48,222 bases of DNA, taken from the NCBI GenBank assembly GCA_002104905.1, contig MCFE01000668.1, positions 1 through 48,222 of the forward strand, in the 5' to 3' direction. The stretch is from Basidiobolus meristosporus CBS 931.73 (taxonomy: Eukaryota; Fungi; Basidiobolomycota). The notes under the pieces were generated by a model. That model saw only the letters and a program-made list of their open reading frames with translations. It had not been told where the DNA came from and made no database searches. The position numbers and the translations under genes are program-made. How positions within the stretch are numbered: position 1 is the stretch's first letter; each line of letters opens with the position of its first letter. This document shows positions 34,200 through 46,088 of this stretch, in pieces.

Positions 34200-35079
34200 A
34201 ATAGACTCCTAATAATGACAAAAACTCCTCAAAGATGGACCAACTCTGTACAAAGCTGCCAGCAGCAATAATTTTAGTATTGGATGACTGTTTCCCTGTA
34301 ATATGTTTACCATTTCTTGTCAATGATGTGGCTGAGAATGAGTCCCAAGAAAAGATATTCCACATGTCTTATCTCAAATAGAAGTTTTATTTATGATTAC
34401 ATATTTACTGTTCAATGAGTCATGAAGAAACCTCAGACTTCTGGTCTGACTGTGTCTGCAGATAAATGGAAGTTTGTCTACTACAAAGCAACTATACTAG
34501 ATGAACCTGTTAATCAGAAATGGATATTAATGGATCCAGCAAAACCTTCATTGGTATTGATTTGAATCACACCAAGGAAAATCTGTCAAGTCATACAATG
34601 GTAAAAGCTTATTGGGCTGTTCATCATCTGGATCAAAAAGTTTGCTCAAATTTCTCAGCCACTGACTTGGCTGGTACAGAAGAAATGGAAATTGAATGGC
34701 ATGAAAAACAAGCAAATGCTATGTTGGCATTGCTTAGGTAATTATCCAAGTTACCTGTCTCAGCAGCTAGAGGTCTTAGTGTGACTGAATCATAGCCAAC
34801 CATTATCTCAGTTGACAGCTCTGAAATTGGTCTTAGTGGGTTTATGAGTTAATTTTTGACAGTTCATCATTAGTAATCAAGTCTCAGTATACTATTCAAA
34901 GAAAGTGGGCTTAACAATTCATTTTGGAAGAAAGAAGTGTTGGGAGTACTTTTGTGCTCAAAAGCTAAAGACATATATATTAGGAGTACACTTCACACTA
35001 GAGATGAATGCCTTGCCATTACTAGGCATGTTGAAAAGTTGGGCATTTGTTAGATCTTATTTTGGTAAAGTAAATATTA
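34200..35079 (+). mobile_element. Degenerate Ty3/Gypsy RT-RNase H fragment (5' part)
   Basis: Frameshifted motifs TSGLTVSADKW, IWIKKFAQISQPLT, EWHEKQANAMLAL, PTIISVDSSEIG and KTYILGVHFTLEMNALPLLGML. Confidence 0.65.
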
Positions 35080-38000
35080 CCCTATGAATAGTTACTGTAA
35101 TGATCCCATCAAAAGGCCGTCACAAAGCTCAAGTCCCATGACTAAGAGGGACTGATCCCATCAGGACACCATCTAGAGACTGTTGAAAAATAATTGCACC
35201 CTAGATATCACCAAAAACTAAGTCAAAATTTTTCATCACAATAATGTATAAGTGGCTTTTCATTGGTTCCCTGCCAGTTTGCTCACTTTCTAATCCTGGA
35301 CACTCTATCACCTCCTACATTTGTGTGCATTGATTGGCTATTGACTTGTTTTCACACTCCTTAGTTCCTGACTCAACTGTTTCTTTTACATTTCATGCAT
35401 ACAAATTTATTTATTTCCTTCAAAACTTCAATTGTGCCACAATTGCCAATTGTATTGACCTATACAAGTCTCTATACCCTACACCAACATTAAGCCCAAC
35501 CCCACACTAAACAAGTACTTCCATTAATATCCACCACTCAATAAATATTTCTGCTGCAATGCCCCGGTTTCATGACTTTAGTAGGAAGCCAACAGCTTTA
35601 TGTCAATGTCCATTCACTGATTCCCACATGTCCTGGTCTTCAGCCAGCACTGCAAGGTCTAGCACCTCATCTGCCAGTCTTTGCAATAAATCCTTGCAAT
35701 ATTTAAGTGCATTCTCTTGAGCACTGCTCTTGAAGAAGTGCTTCAACCTCTTGGTGTGACTGTCTTAAGTTCACATGAGTATTGACCAAAAAGGGATATA
35801 ATAGTGCTATGTTGTTGAAGGCCAAGCTGTTTGCCCCATGGGCAAGACTACTTTGACTCAATGCCATAAGAGAAGAGAAAAAAGACCATGTGGCTATTGT
35901 AGCAAGCTGCTCAGCCATGAAGCACACAGATACCTAGGAAGTATTACTAGGATCATGGCCAGTGTTTTGCCACACAAGTCATATATGACCATTCATTGGT
36001 CATTACTGTACCAATATTATCTTGCCAGCCAGTTGATACTTCTGTATTGGCACCTGGCCATCTTTGTCACCTTGTGCAAACCAAGTCAGGTGAGTTTTTG
36101 ATGCCTTTAGGCTCACCTCAGACTTCTGAATATGGCATGCAGAGTGATAGCTCTGACAAAGAAGGTTCACCAATGGATTGTGAGCCAATCTCTCCTGACA
36201 GCAGTACCATGCTTGAGCCCAGTCATATTCCAATATGCTATGAGACAACACCTGTTGAAACAAATGCCAAGGATACTTTGTGGAGCCAAGTGAGCCCAGT
36301 AATCCATCTACTGGTGAATGATGTAATGTTGTGGCTGGAGAAGTGGCGCGTTTCCACTAATATCAGTAATGGGGCTTTGAGGATTTATTGCTACTTCTTG
36401 CCAAAATTATACCAGGATGAAGCTTACCATGTACATGGTACAAGTGGACAACTGTCATATGGCTGGCAACATATGATCCAGAGACTGTCCTGATTCCAGC
36501 ATGCATTAACAGTTGCATGGCTTTCACATCCAAAAATGCTACCATTACAACATGTCCAAATTGTCAGGAATCCACCACCATTGAGGGAAAATATTGTTCA
36601 CACTCTGGATATATTCTGGTCATACCCCATCTGATGATGCTGTTGCAGTACAATAGATATTGCAAAGCTATGCAGCACCACACTGAGTATAAATCAATGA
36701 GCAAACATATCCAATATAATTGATGGCAAATGTTACAAACAGGTAAGAAGTAAGGGCTGCTTTGAAGGTATGTATGACCTGCCTTTGCTTTAGCACTTGA
36801 TGGATTCTCATTAAACAGGTACTCTACCAGCAAATCCTGCTGGCCACTGATTGTTATCAATCTGAATCTGCTGCCCATCCTATGGTATCAGAGCAATAAT
36901 CTGATGGTAGTCTCACTAGTATCTGGACCTAAATTACTGTCCAACCTGGATAGCTACATGTATCCATTGCTGGATGAATTTTGTATGCTTTCCAGCAGGA
37001 TAACAGTTAATGGCCAGCAGGTAAAAGCACATATTATTATCTGCATTGGAGATACCCAAGCCAGTGGCAAGAGAGCAAATTTTTCTGGGCACAATGGACA
37101 GTATTGCTGTGAATTATGTGAGATCCAGGGGATTTACTCCATAACTCACACACATTATTATTACCCAAACACCAGCACTACAAACATCATCTTTCCACAG
37201 AGAGAACATACAGGAGTCAGCATGCAACTGCAGTAAAGTTGACAAGGTATAAGCCATTAGCCAGAATATGGAATTAATTGAAAGTTGGAGATACTCAACA
37301 TAGAGGGTATCTATTGGAGCAAAAGCTTTCCACTTGGAGCAATAGATTTGCTTTTCAACAATATCTCAATACTAATGACCAAGTTGTACACGGGGCATTT
37401 CAAGCTAAATGAGCCCTTTGAGATACCAGAGTAATTGGAAAGAATAAGCAAGATATTACAGAGTATCTGCTACCCTAAGTACTTCTCATGGACTCCAATT
37501 AGTATTCATATGCATATGTGGCAATACCAATGCAAAGACTGGATGAACTGGATATGTATTTATTTAAATGGTGTTCTGAAGCCATTCCTACCAAGAGTAC
37601 ATTGGAAGCATTGGGAGTCATATGTGGACATTGTAGGAATATTTATCCAGAAGTGTTTCACCAATGCCAACTTGACACATCTACAGCTGTTGTACAAAGA
37701 GTTTGTGATGGGATTTGAGCAGCTATACTACAAACATAAAGCTGAATCTGTAGACTGCTGCTACTATTGTATCTATTCTCTACTCCATCTTGCACAGTGT
37801 GTAGAGAATATTGCGCCTTGCTTCACCTTTTGGGAGCTTCCTATGGAGTGGATATTTAGGGAGATAGAAAGACAAGTCAAGTTGCAAGTACTACCATATC
37901 CCAATCTCATCAAGAATATTACCTGCTAGTCTGTCATGAATATAATGAGTTGGTGCATGAAGGACAGCCATGGAAACACCTATGCCTATGGCATTTAGAA

Positions 38001-38948
38001 GCTAAGCAGCCCCAAAGCATGGGCAATCAGTTAAGTAATGCAAAGTTGGGTTGGGTGCAACATGCAACTATTTCTTATTAAGAAGAATCTACCAAAGTAT
38101 ACCAATTTCTCTTGGTCACAAGCCAACTTCTACACCATTCTATATGGAATTCACACAAACAAAAGCCAGAGCACACCTATAAGGGGGACTAGAATGCAGC
38201 AGGGAGAAGGAATATACTGGCTAAATACCAAGAAGTTCTTTGCAGATGTTCAGGAGGTATTCATGGCAGAAGTGGCAACAATCAAGTATATGTTTGTAAG
38301 ATGGATATGTTACCAGCAGCATAAGGTAAATGGCAACTTTGCAAGTATAACACTTGAAAGCCATAAAGTTGCAGTGATAGAAGTATGTCAATTGCGGCAG
38401 GTGTGTATGTTGGTAGAGGTCAGTAAGCAGGAGGCTATAGTTTTTTTGATTCAAACTATAAGTGGAATACCCAAGGTAGTAGTGGGTAAGCAAATAAAGA
38501 GGGATGATTCTGCAGTGGAATATATGAATTGCACAACGGGAGGTAGAAAAAGGAAATACCCTTTGGTAAATTAGTACAGTAGCAATACACAGAACCAGCT
38601 GTAGGCTGTCTTATAGACAATATAATGCCATAAGAGTCTTACTGTGAAGCCATCAAAATACTTTCAAGTTTCCATGTCCTGGCCGGTTGTATCCACTTAA
38701 CATAGTTGTTGAGCGCTAAAAGACCACAACAATACCATGCGATTATTGTCACAGCACCAATCAAATCTTGTAAAGCTTTATTGCTTTATTTGGTAGTAAA
38801 ATTAGCAAAACACCGTTATGATCCCATCATAAGATCATTAAGAAGGTCACTAATTCCAGGCTGCTGGTATAAGGATGGTCTCTAAACAGGATCCTGATGG
38901 TTGATCTGAATTGGATCCTCCTGCTGGACCAAATTATTTTTCATAGCA
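35080..38948 (+). mobile_element. Degenerate CACTA/EnSpm (CMC) DNA transposon, copy 1
   Basis: 5' end CCCTATGAA; subterminal TGATCCCATCA repeats. Tnp2-like motifs LALDGF, SCWPLIVIN, VSGPKLLSNLDSYMYPLLDEF, IGDTQA, GHNGQYCCELC and FWELPME. Many stops. The 3' end TTCATAG(CA) is degraded. Confidence 0.82.
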
Positions 38949-39430
38949 ATTGTGCATCCAGATCTTTTACTTTATGCTACAATACTTACCAGGTGCTAGC
39001 CACAAAGGTCCAGACACATTAGCCAGAAAGCAACTAAATATACCTTAGTCAACTGATGATGATGATATCAATGCCTTTTTGAAAACACCAGCCATGGATT
39101 CTCACTCAGGCTTACAATCCAAAGCAATAGTTAGCTTATCAAGGAATTTCCAATACTACTAAAAGTTCCTGCCAGTATTTACACAAATCAGTATACAAGT
39201 ATTGAAAAGAAGGCTCTGAAGCTTATAGAGCATGATGGCACACTTTGCAGGAAAATCAAATATACAGTAAGGATACCATGGCTGAGAATCAGTGGCTTCC
39301 ACATCAGTGTGTCAGATGCAGGGCTGAAACTCCAAACAACTAGTAAAGATATGTCAGGTATCTGTCTGGGTGCTGATATTGGACAAGCATGCAGAAACAG
39401 ATGCAGCAGTGCAGCACTTATCAGGGAGAT
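38949..39430 (+). mobile_element. Continuation of the Gypsy relic (RNase H end and integrase zinc-binding region)
   Basis: IQIFYFMLQYLPGASHKGPDTLARK (cf. F..L.HVPG..H.GPD.LSRR) and YWTSMQKQ..CSTYQ. Confidence 0.6.
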
Positions 39431-40640
39431 AATGTAGTTCAATACAAGAAACACTCAGCCAAAGTAGTAGTCAAAGCCCAGGCTGTGATAAAGGTAAAGG
39501 TAAATGAAAATATTTAAGAAGTTGGAAAGCAAAACTGCTGGGCTCACCAATTGAAGCCGTTAGCCAAGAACAGGCTGAATCCCAAGGCAACAATGTCAAG
39601 AAATCATGGGACAATCATAATGCCCACAGTGTAATTTTGCAACATTGATAGGCACACCAGAAGATTGCAATACTTCTTTAAGTATATTGCATATGAAAAC
39701 TTACCTGAATATTGCAAGGTTATATTAAATAGACTGGATGATGTAGTGCTGGACCTTGCAGTTACAGCCAAAGACCACAACATATGGGAACCAGTGAGTG
39801 AGCAATGGCAGAAAGCTATAGGGCACCTGCCAAAGTAATGGGCAAAGGGCATAAAAGCTGAAACACTTATTGAATAGTGAATTTTAATGGAGTTACCCTA
39901 TGAAAGATAATTTGGTCCCACAGGTGGATCTGATTCATATTAGCCATCAGGATCTTGTTTGGAGACCATCATAATACCAACAGCTTGTAATTAGTGACCC
40001 TCTTGACAATCATATAATGGGATCATGACAACATTTGGCTGATTTTACTGCCAGTTTTATAAATTGACAGGGTTTGATTGGTGCTGTAAAAATAGTTGCA
40101 TGGCATTGTTGTGGTCTTAATGCGCTCTACAACTATTTTAAATATATCTAACCAACCAGGACATCATATTGCCTAATATGTCAAAAAACTTAACAGTATT
40201 TTGACAGCCTCACAGCAGGTCTCTGATGGCATTATTGTAGCAGTATGGTAGCCTACAGCTAGTTCTGTATAATGCTACCATACCAATTTACCAAAGGGTA
40301 TTTCCTTTTTCTACCTCCCCTTGTGCAACTCATATATTCTACTGTAGAATCACCCCTCTCTATTTGCTTACCCACCACTACCTTGGGTGTTCCACATATA
40401 GCTTGAATAAAATAACAATGGCATCCTGCTTACTAACCTCTACAAATGCACTCACCTGCTGCAATTGACATACTACTATCACCTCAACTTTAGGGCTTTT
40501 TAGTGAAATACTTGCAAAGTTGCCATTTACCTTGCAATGTTGGTAGCATAAACATCTCACAAACATACATTTAGTTGTTGCCACTTCTGCAATGAGTACC
40601 TTCTGCACATCTGCAAAGAGCTTCTGGGTATTTAGCCAAT

Positions 40641-41373
40641 AGACTTGTTCTGTTGGATAGTGCCACATTGAGCCATGAGTGCCAAATGATGCCATAGTGT
40701 GCCAGAGAGGCCAATTGAGCCTCTACCTGGCCACAGAGTGTGAAACATAGCTCCGCATCTTCATGCAAAGCAGCCCCTGTGTTTCACCCATTGTGCTGGA
40801 GAAAATCCATTTTTTGACCTTTTTTTTTGGATCTATGTTGTGCAGGATGTATTAGAGCACAAGCAGATTGAAGATATGCATCTGGTACTCAATACCCATG
40901 GCACTCTGAATCTAGCTCCTGTAGCTTGTATCATGTCACAAAAATGAATGGCACTATCTTGGTCCACTGGTACTATCTGGCACTATATTTAAATATTAGC
41001 CCTAAAGTAAGATCTATACAAAGCACTTATAGTGCCAGATAGTACCAGTGGACCAAGATAGTGCCATTCATTTTTGTGACATGATACAAGCTACAGGAGC
41101 TAGATTCAGAGTGCCATTGGTATTGAGTACCAGATGCATATCTTCAGTTCTCCTGTGCTCTTACACATCCTGAGCTACATTGATCCAAAAAAAAAGGTCA
41201 AAAAATGGATTTCTCCTGTGCAATGGGTGAAACACAGGGGCTGCTTTACATGAAGATGCAGAGCTATGTTTCACACTCTGTGGCCAAGTATAGGCTCACT
41301 TGACCTCTCTGGCACACTATGGCATCATTTGGCACTCATGGCTCAATGTGGCACTATCCAACGGAACAAGTCT
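40641..41373. mobile_element. 733-bp foldback/MITE-like element with ~347-bp TIRs and a 40-bp spacer
   Basis: Arms 40641-40987 and 41028-41373 are reverse complements. Termini AGACT...AGTCT. AAT is duplicated on both sides. CACTA copy 1 lacks the insert at the equivalent site. Confidence 0.92.
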
Positions 41374-43403
41374 AATATATACCTTCTCCTAGCTGGATTC
41401 TAGTCCCCCTTATAAGTGCACTCTGGCTCTTGTTTGTGTGAATCCATACTAAATGGTGTAGAAGTTGGCTTGTGAGCAAGAGAAATTGGCATACCTTAGT
41501 AGAGATTTCCTAATAAAAGTTAGTTGCTTGTTGCACCCAACCCAACTTTGCATTACTTGACTGATTACCAATGGGTTGGGGCTGCTTAGCTTCTTAATGC
41601 CATAGGCATAGGTCTCTCCATGAGCACATCTCTCCTCAGTATTTTCCATGTTTGTTTGTAGTATAGACACTCAAATCCTCTCATTAACTTCTTGCACAAC
41701 TGCTTTAGATGCATCAAGTTGGCATTAGTGAGCTGCTTCTGGATAAATTTTCCTACAATGTCCTCATATGAATGCCAATGCTTCCAGTGTATGCATGGTA
41801 CAAATGGCTTTGGAATGCTACTTAAATAAACAAATATCCACTTCATTGAGACCTTACACTTGTGTTGTAGTATATACACATGAATGTTGATTAGAGTCCA
41901 TGAGAAGTACTTAGTGTAGCAGATACTCTGTAATATCTTGCCAATTCTTTTAAATTTCTCTGGTACCTCAAATAGCTCATTTAGCTTGAAATGTACCATG
42001 AACAACTTGGTCATCAGTATAGGGATATTGCTGAAAAGCAAATGCATTGCTTCCAGTGGGAAGCTTTTGCTCAAACAGATACCCTCTATGTTAAGTATCT
42101 CCAATTTTCAATTGATTCCATATTCTGGCAAATGGCTTATACCTTGCCAACTTTGCTGCAATTGTATGCTGACTTCTGTATGTTCTCCCAGTGGAAAGTT
42201 GATATTCATAGTGCTGGTATTTGGGTAACTATAATGTGGGTGAATTATGGAGTAAATCCCCTGGATCTCAGACATATGATGGCAATATTGTCCATTGTGC
42301 CCAGAAAAACCTACTATCTTGCTGATGGCTTGGGTATCTCCAATGCAGATAATAATATGTGCTTTTACATGATGGCTATTTACTGTTATTCCACTGGAAA
42401 GCATGAAAAACTCATCCAGCAATGGTTTCAGGTTGCTTTTGAGGTTGGACAGTGATTTAGGCCTAGATACCAATGAGACTACCATCAGATTATTGCTCTG
42501 ATACCATAAGATGGGTGGACATTTGTATTGATGAGAATCAGTGTCCTGCAGGATTTGCTTCTAGAGTGCCTGCTTAATGAGAATCCATCAAGCGCTAAAT
42601 CCAAGGCATGGTCAGACAAACCTTCAAGGTAGCCCTTGCTTCTTAGCTGTTTGTAATGTTTGCCATCAAGTATATTGGATATGTTTGTGCTTGATTGATA
42701 ATGAGTGTGGTACTGTATAGCCTTGCAATATTTGTTGGACTGCATTAGCTTCCTTAGACAGGGTATCACTGGAATATATTTGCAGTGTGAGCAATGTTTT
42801 CCATCAATGGTCATAGATTCCTCACAATATAGACATGTTGCAAAGATACCATTTTTTGATGTGAATGCCATGCAGCTTTTAATGCATGCTGGAATCAAGG
42901 CAGTCTCTGGCTCATATGTTGCCATCCACATAACAGTTGTCCACTTATACCATGTGCATGGTAAGTTGCATCCTGGTATGATTTTAGCAAGAAGTAGTGA
43001 TAAATCCTCAATGCCCCCATTACTGATATTACTGGAAACTCACTACTTCTCTAGCCACAACATTATATCATTCACCAGTAGATGGACTACTGGGCTCACT
43101 TGGCTCCACAAAGTATCCTTGGCATTTGTTTCAACAGGTGTTATCTCATTGCTTAATGGGATTTGACTGGGCTCATGGATGGTACTGTTGTTAAGGGAGA
43201 TAGACTCACAATCCAGTAGTGAACCTTCTTTGTGAGAGCTATTACTCTGCATGCCATATTATGAAGGCTGTGAGCATAAAGTTGTCACAAACACACCCAA
43301 CTCAGTTTGCACAAGGTGACAAAGACAGCCAGGTGTCAATATAGATGTATCAACTAGCCAGCAAGATAATGTTGGTACAGTAGTAACCATGAATGGTCAA
43401 TAT

Positions 43404-43752
43404 TGTTGTAAGAGTCTTGGAGATATTGGAAGTGATTAGGAGAACAAGTAGATTATGTGGTTTTCACTTAATGATTTATTGAATGTAAAAGTGGTATTTA
43501 TACTTTTACCTGGTCTTGGCATTACAAACACGTAGAATAGGTTAAGGAAGGTCCCAAGAACATGTGTGCAAAGTTTGGGGCTGTTTGGACAACTTTGAGA
43601 ATTTTCATGTTCTGGGTACCTGGTATTTTGGTGAAAATATTTTAAGTAAATCCCGACAAGGAATTTGGTCAGTATTTTCTAGGATTTGAAGGTAATGATC
43701 TAAGTGACTAAGTTAGGTGAATATTTAGGTGGAAATACAAATTTTTACAACA
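43404..43752 (-). repeat. Copia 3' LTR
   Basis: No difference from 47739-48087 found by eye. Confidence 0.97.
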
Positions 43753-43761
43753 CTCCCACTC
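43753..43761 (-). other. Copia polypurine tract
   Basis: GAGTGGGAG on the minus strand, abutting the 3' LTR. Confidence 0.75.
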
Positions 43762-43763
43762 AG

Positions 43764-46088
43764 CTAAATGTTCATACTGACTAGTCCTAATTTTGACCTA
43801 AGATATTCAAACTTGTCTCTAGCTAATGGTTTGGTAAATATGTCTGCAATCATTTCATCTGTAGGACAGAAAACTAAGCTAACTAAGTTACTCTCTATAG
43901 CTTCACGTATGAAATGATGTCTAATATCTATGTGCTTGGTTCTAGCATGAAAAGTTGGATCTCTACCTAATTGTATACATCCTTGATTATCTTGAAATAA
44001 AGTAATAGGCGTTTTTTGACATAGGCCTAAATCTGTTAAGAGCTTTCTTAACCACATTGCTTCTTTTGTAGCTTCACAGGCTGCCATATACTCTGCCTCT
44101 GTAGTAGAAAGTGCTACGGTTGGTTGCTTTCTTGAATTCCATGAAATTGCTCCTTCACAGTAAAGAAAGGTGTATCCTGTGGTGGATCTTCTGTCTTCTA
44201 GATTTCGTCCCCAATCAGCATCAGAGTATCCCACAAGATCCTGTTCTGAATCCTTATAAGTGTATCTTAAGCAGATATCAGCAGTTCCTTTTAGGTATCT
44301 AAAAATCCGCTTAACTGCTGCAATATGATCAGATCCATAATTCTGATTATGTTGGCTGACAACTCCCACTGAATATGAGATATCTGGATGTGTTCCAAGC
44401 ATGATATACATCAGACTGCTGACCATAGATTGATAAGGAAAGTCAGGGCTTTCAGATGGCACCAAGCTCTCTTGATTTGGTTGAGTTTTGACCAAGTTAA
44501 GGTTTGTCTCCATTGGGGTAGCTGCCGGTTTACAGTCTTCCATTTTGTACTTCTTTAGTATATCTTGAATATACTTGGATTGGCTTAGGGTAATAGTCTG
44601 GGTACTTCTGTCTATGGAGAACTTAATCCCTAAGTAGTAACTGAGTTCTCCTAGATCGGACATCTTGAACTCCTTAGATAGGCTGGATTTAGTCTCTTCC
44701 AATGTTTCTAGGTTATTGGTGGCTATAATAAGATCATCTACATATAGAGCTAATAGAACTGGATTTGCTCTATCTGGCTTATAGTATATACTATAGTCAG
44801 CATTACTCCTTTTGAAACTCAAAGATTCCAAATAAGAATCTATCTTGCAATTCCAGGCTCTTGGTGATTGTTTGAGACCATATAGAGACTTTTTAAGCTT
44901 GCAGACCAAATGGGGGTTATCTTGGTCAACAAACCCATCAGGGTGGTCCATATACAAGTCCTCATCAAGTTCTCCATTCAAAAATGCAGTTTTTACATCC
45001 ATTTGATGAATAAAAAACTTATATTTGGCTGCAATAGCCAATATAAATCTTATGGAATTAAACTTGGCTACCAGTGCAAAGGTCTCAGTATAGTCAAGTC
45101 CTTTTGTTTGAGAATATCCTTTGGCTACAAGTCTTGCTTTGTATCTTTCAATTGTACCATCAGCCTTGTACTTTGTCTTGAAGACCCATCTGCATCCAAT
45201 TGATTTTTGGTTGATTGGTAATTTGACTAAGTCCCAAGTTTGATTTTCCATTAGGGCCTGATATTCCTCAGTCATTGCAAATCTCCAAAACTTTGTCTGA
45301 GGGCTATTTAGGGCCTCTTTTACAGTCTGGGGTTCATCAATATGGACTGAATAGGCATAGGCTAAGTTTGTACCCTCATTAATATAGTAATTTGGGCTAT
45401 TTCTTGTCCGATTTGATCTCCGGGCATTTGATACTGGAATGATCACTACTGGGATATTCCTGGGCACTGATTCTGGCTGAACCACGGTTGTAGAGTCCTC
45501 TGGAGTGAAAAAATTTTCATTGTTTTGCTCTGATTCAATCCTGACAATTGGTGGACTTGAGATCAAATTTTTGTCATCATCTGATGTCATTTTTTGTGAA
45601 AATTTTGAATTTTCATCAAACAACACATCCCTGGACTTGATCAGCTTCTTTGCTTTGGTATTGTAGAGTCTGTATGCCTTACTCTCATTGCAGTAGCCCA
45701 AAAATATGCATTTTACACTTTTTGGCTCAAATTTTGACTGATTTCCGGCCAGTTTTTTGGCATATGCTGTACACCCAAATATTCTTAGATGTTCTGCACT
45801 TGGTCTGTATCCATACCATGCTTCAAATGGAGTAGAATCACGAAGTACTCTGTTATAACTCCTATTTTTAAGATATACAGCAGTGGCAACTGATTCCACC
45901 CAAAAATCATAGGATAATTTTTGATCATGGATCATAGATCTTGCCATATCAATTATTGATCTGTTAGCTTGTTCTGCTACTCCACTTTGCTGTGGGGAGT
46001 ATGGTACAGTAGTCTCTTGCTTTATCCCATGAATTTTGCAGAAGTGGATGAAGAGTTTGGAGGTATATTCTCCACCATTTTCAGAGCG
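43764..46088 (-). CDS. Copia pol, C-terminal part (rest of integrase, RT, RNase H); frame open from the frameshift at ~46090
   Basis: ENGGEY, PQQSGVAE, KARLVAKG, QMDVKTAFLNG, LYVDDL, YSDADWG, EAEYMA and KHIDIRHHFIRE. Confidence 0.9.
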   Translation of the reverse strand, partial: RSENGGEYTSKLFIHFCKIHGIKQETTVPYSPQQSGVAEQANRSIIDMARSMIHDQKLSYDFWVESVATAVYLKNRSYNRVLRDSTPFEAWYGYRPSAEHLRIFGCTAYAKKLAGNQSKFEPKSVKCIFLGYCNESKAYRLYNTKAKKLIKSRDVLFDENSKFSQKMTSDDDKNLISSPPIVRIESEQNNENFFTPEDSTTVVQPESVPRNIPVVIIPVSNARRSNRTRNSPNYYINEGTNLAYAYSVHIDEPQTVKEALNSPQTKFWRFAMTEEYQALMENQTWDLVKLPINQKSIGCRWVFKTKYKADGTIERYKARLVAKGYSQTKGLDYTETFALVAKFNSIRFILAIAAKYKFFIHQMDVKTAFLNGELDEDLYMDHPDGFVDQDNPHLVCKLKKSLYGLKQSPRAWNCKIDSYLESLSFKRSNADYSIYYKPDRANPVLLALYVDDLIIATNNLETLEETKSSLSKEFKMSDLGELSYYLGIKFSIDRSTQTITLSQSKYIQDILKKYKMEDCKPAATPMETNLNLVKTQPNQESLVPSESPDFPYQSMVSSLMYIMLGTHPDISYSVGVVSQHNQNYGSDHIAAVKRIFRYLKGTADICLRYTYKDSEQDLVGYSDADWGRNLEDRRSTTGYTFLYCEGAISWNSRKQPTVALSTTEAEYMAACEATKEAMWLRKLLTDLGLCQKTPITLFQDNQGCIQLGRDPTFHARTKHIDIRHHFIREAIESNLVSLVFCPTDEMIADIFTKPLARDKFEYLRSKLGLVSMNI

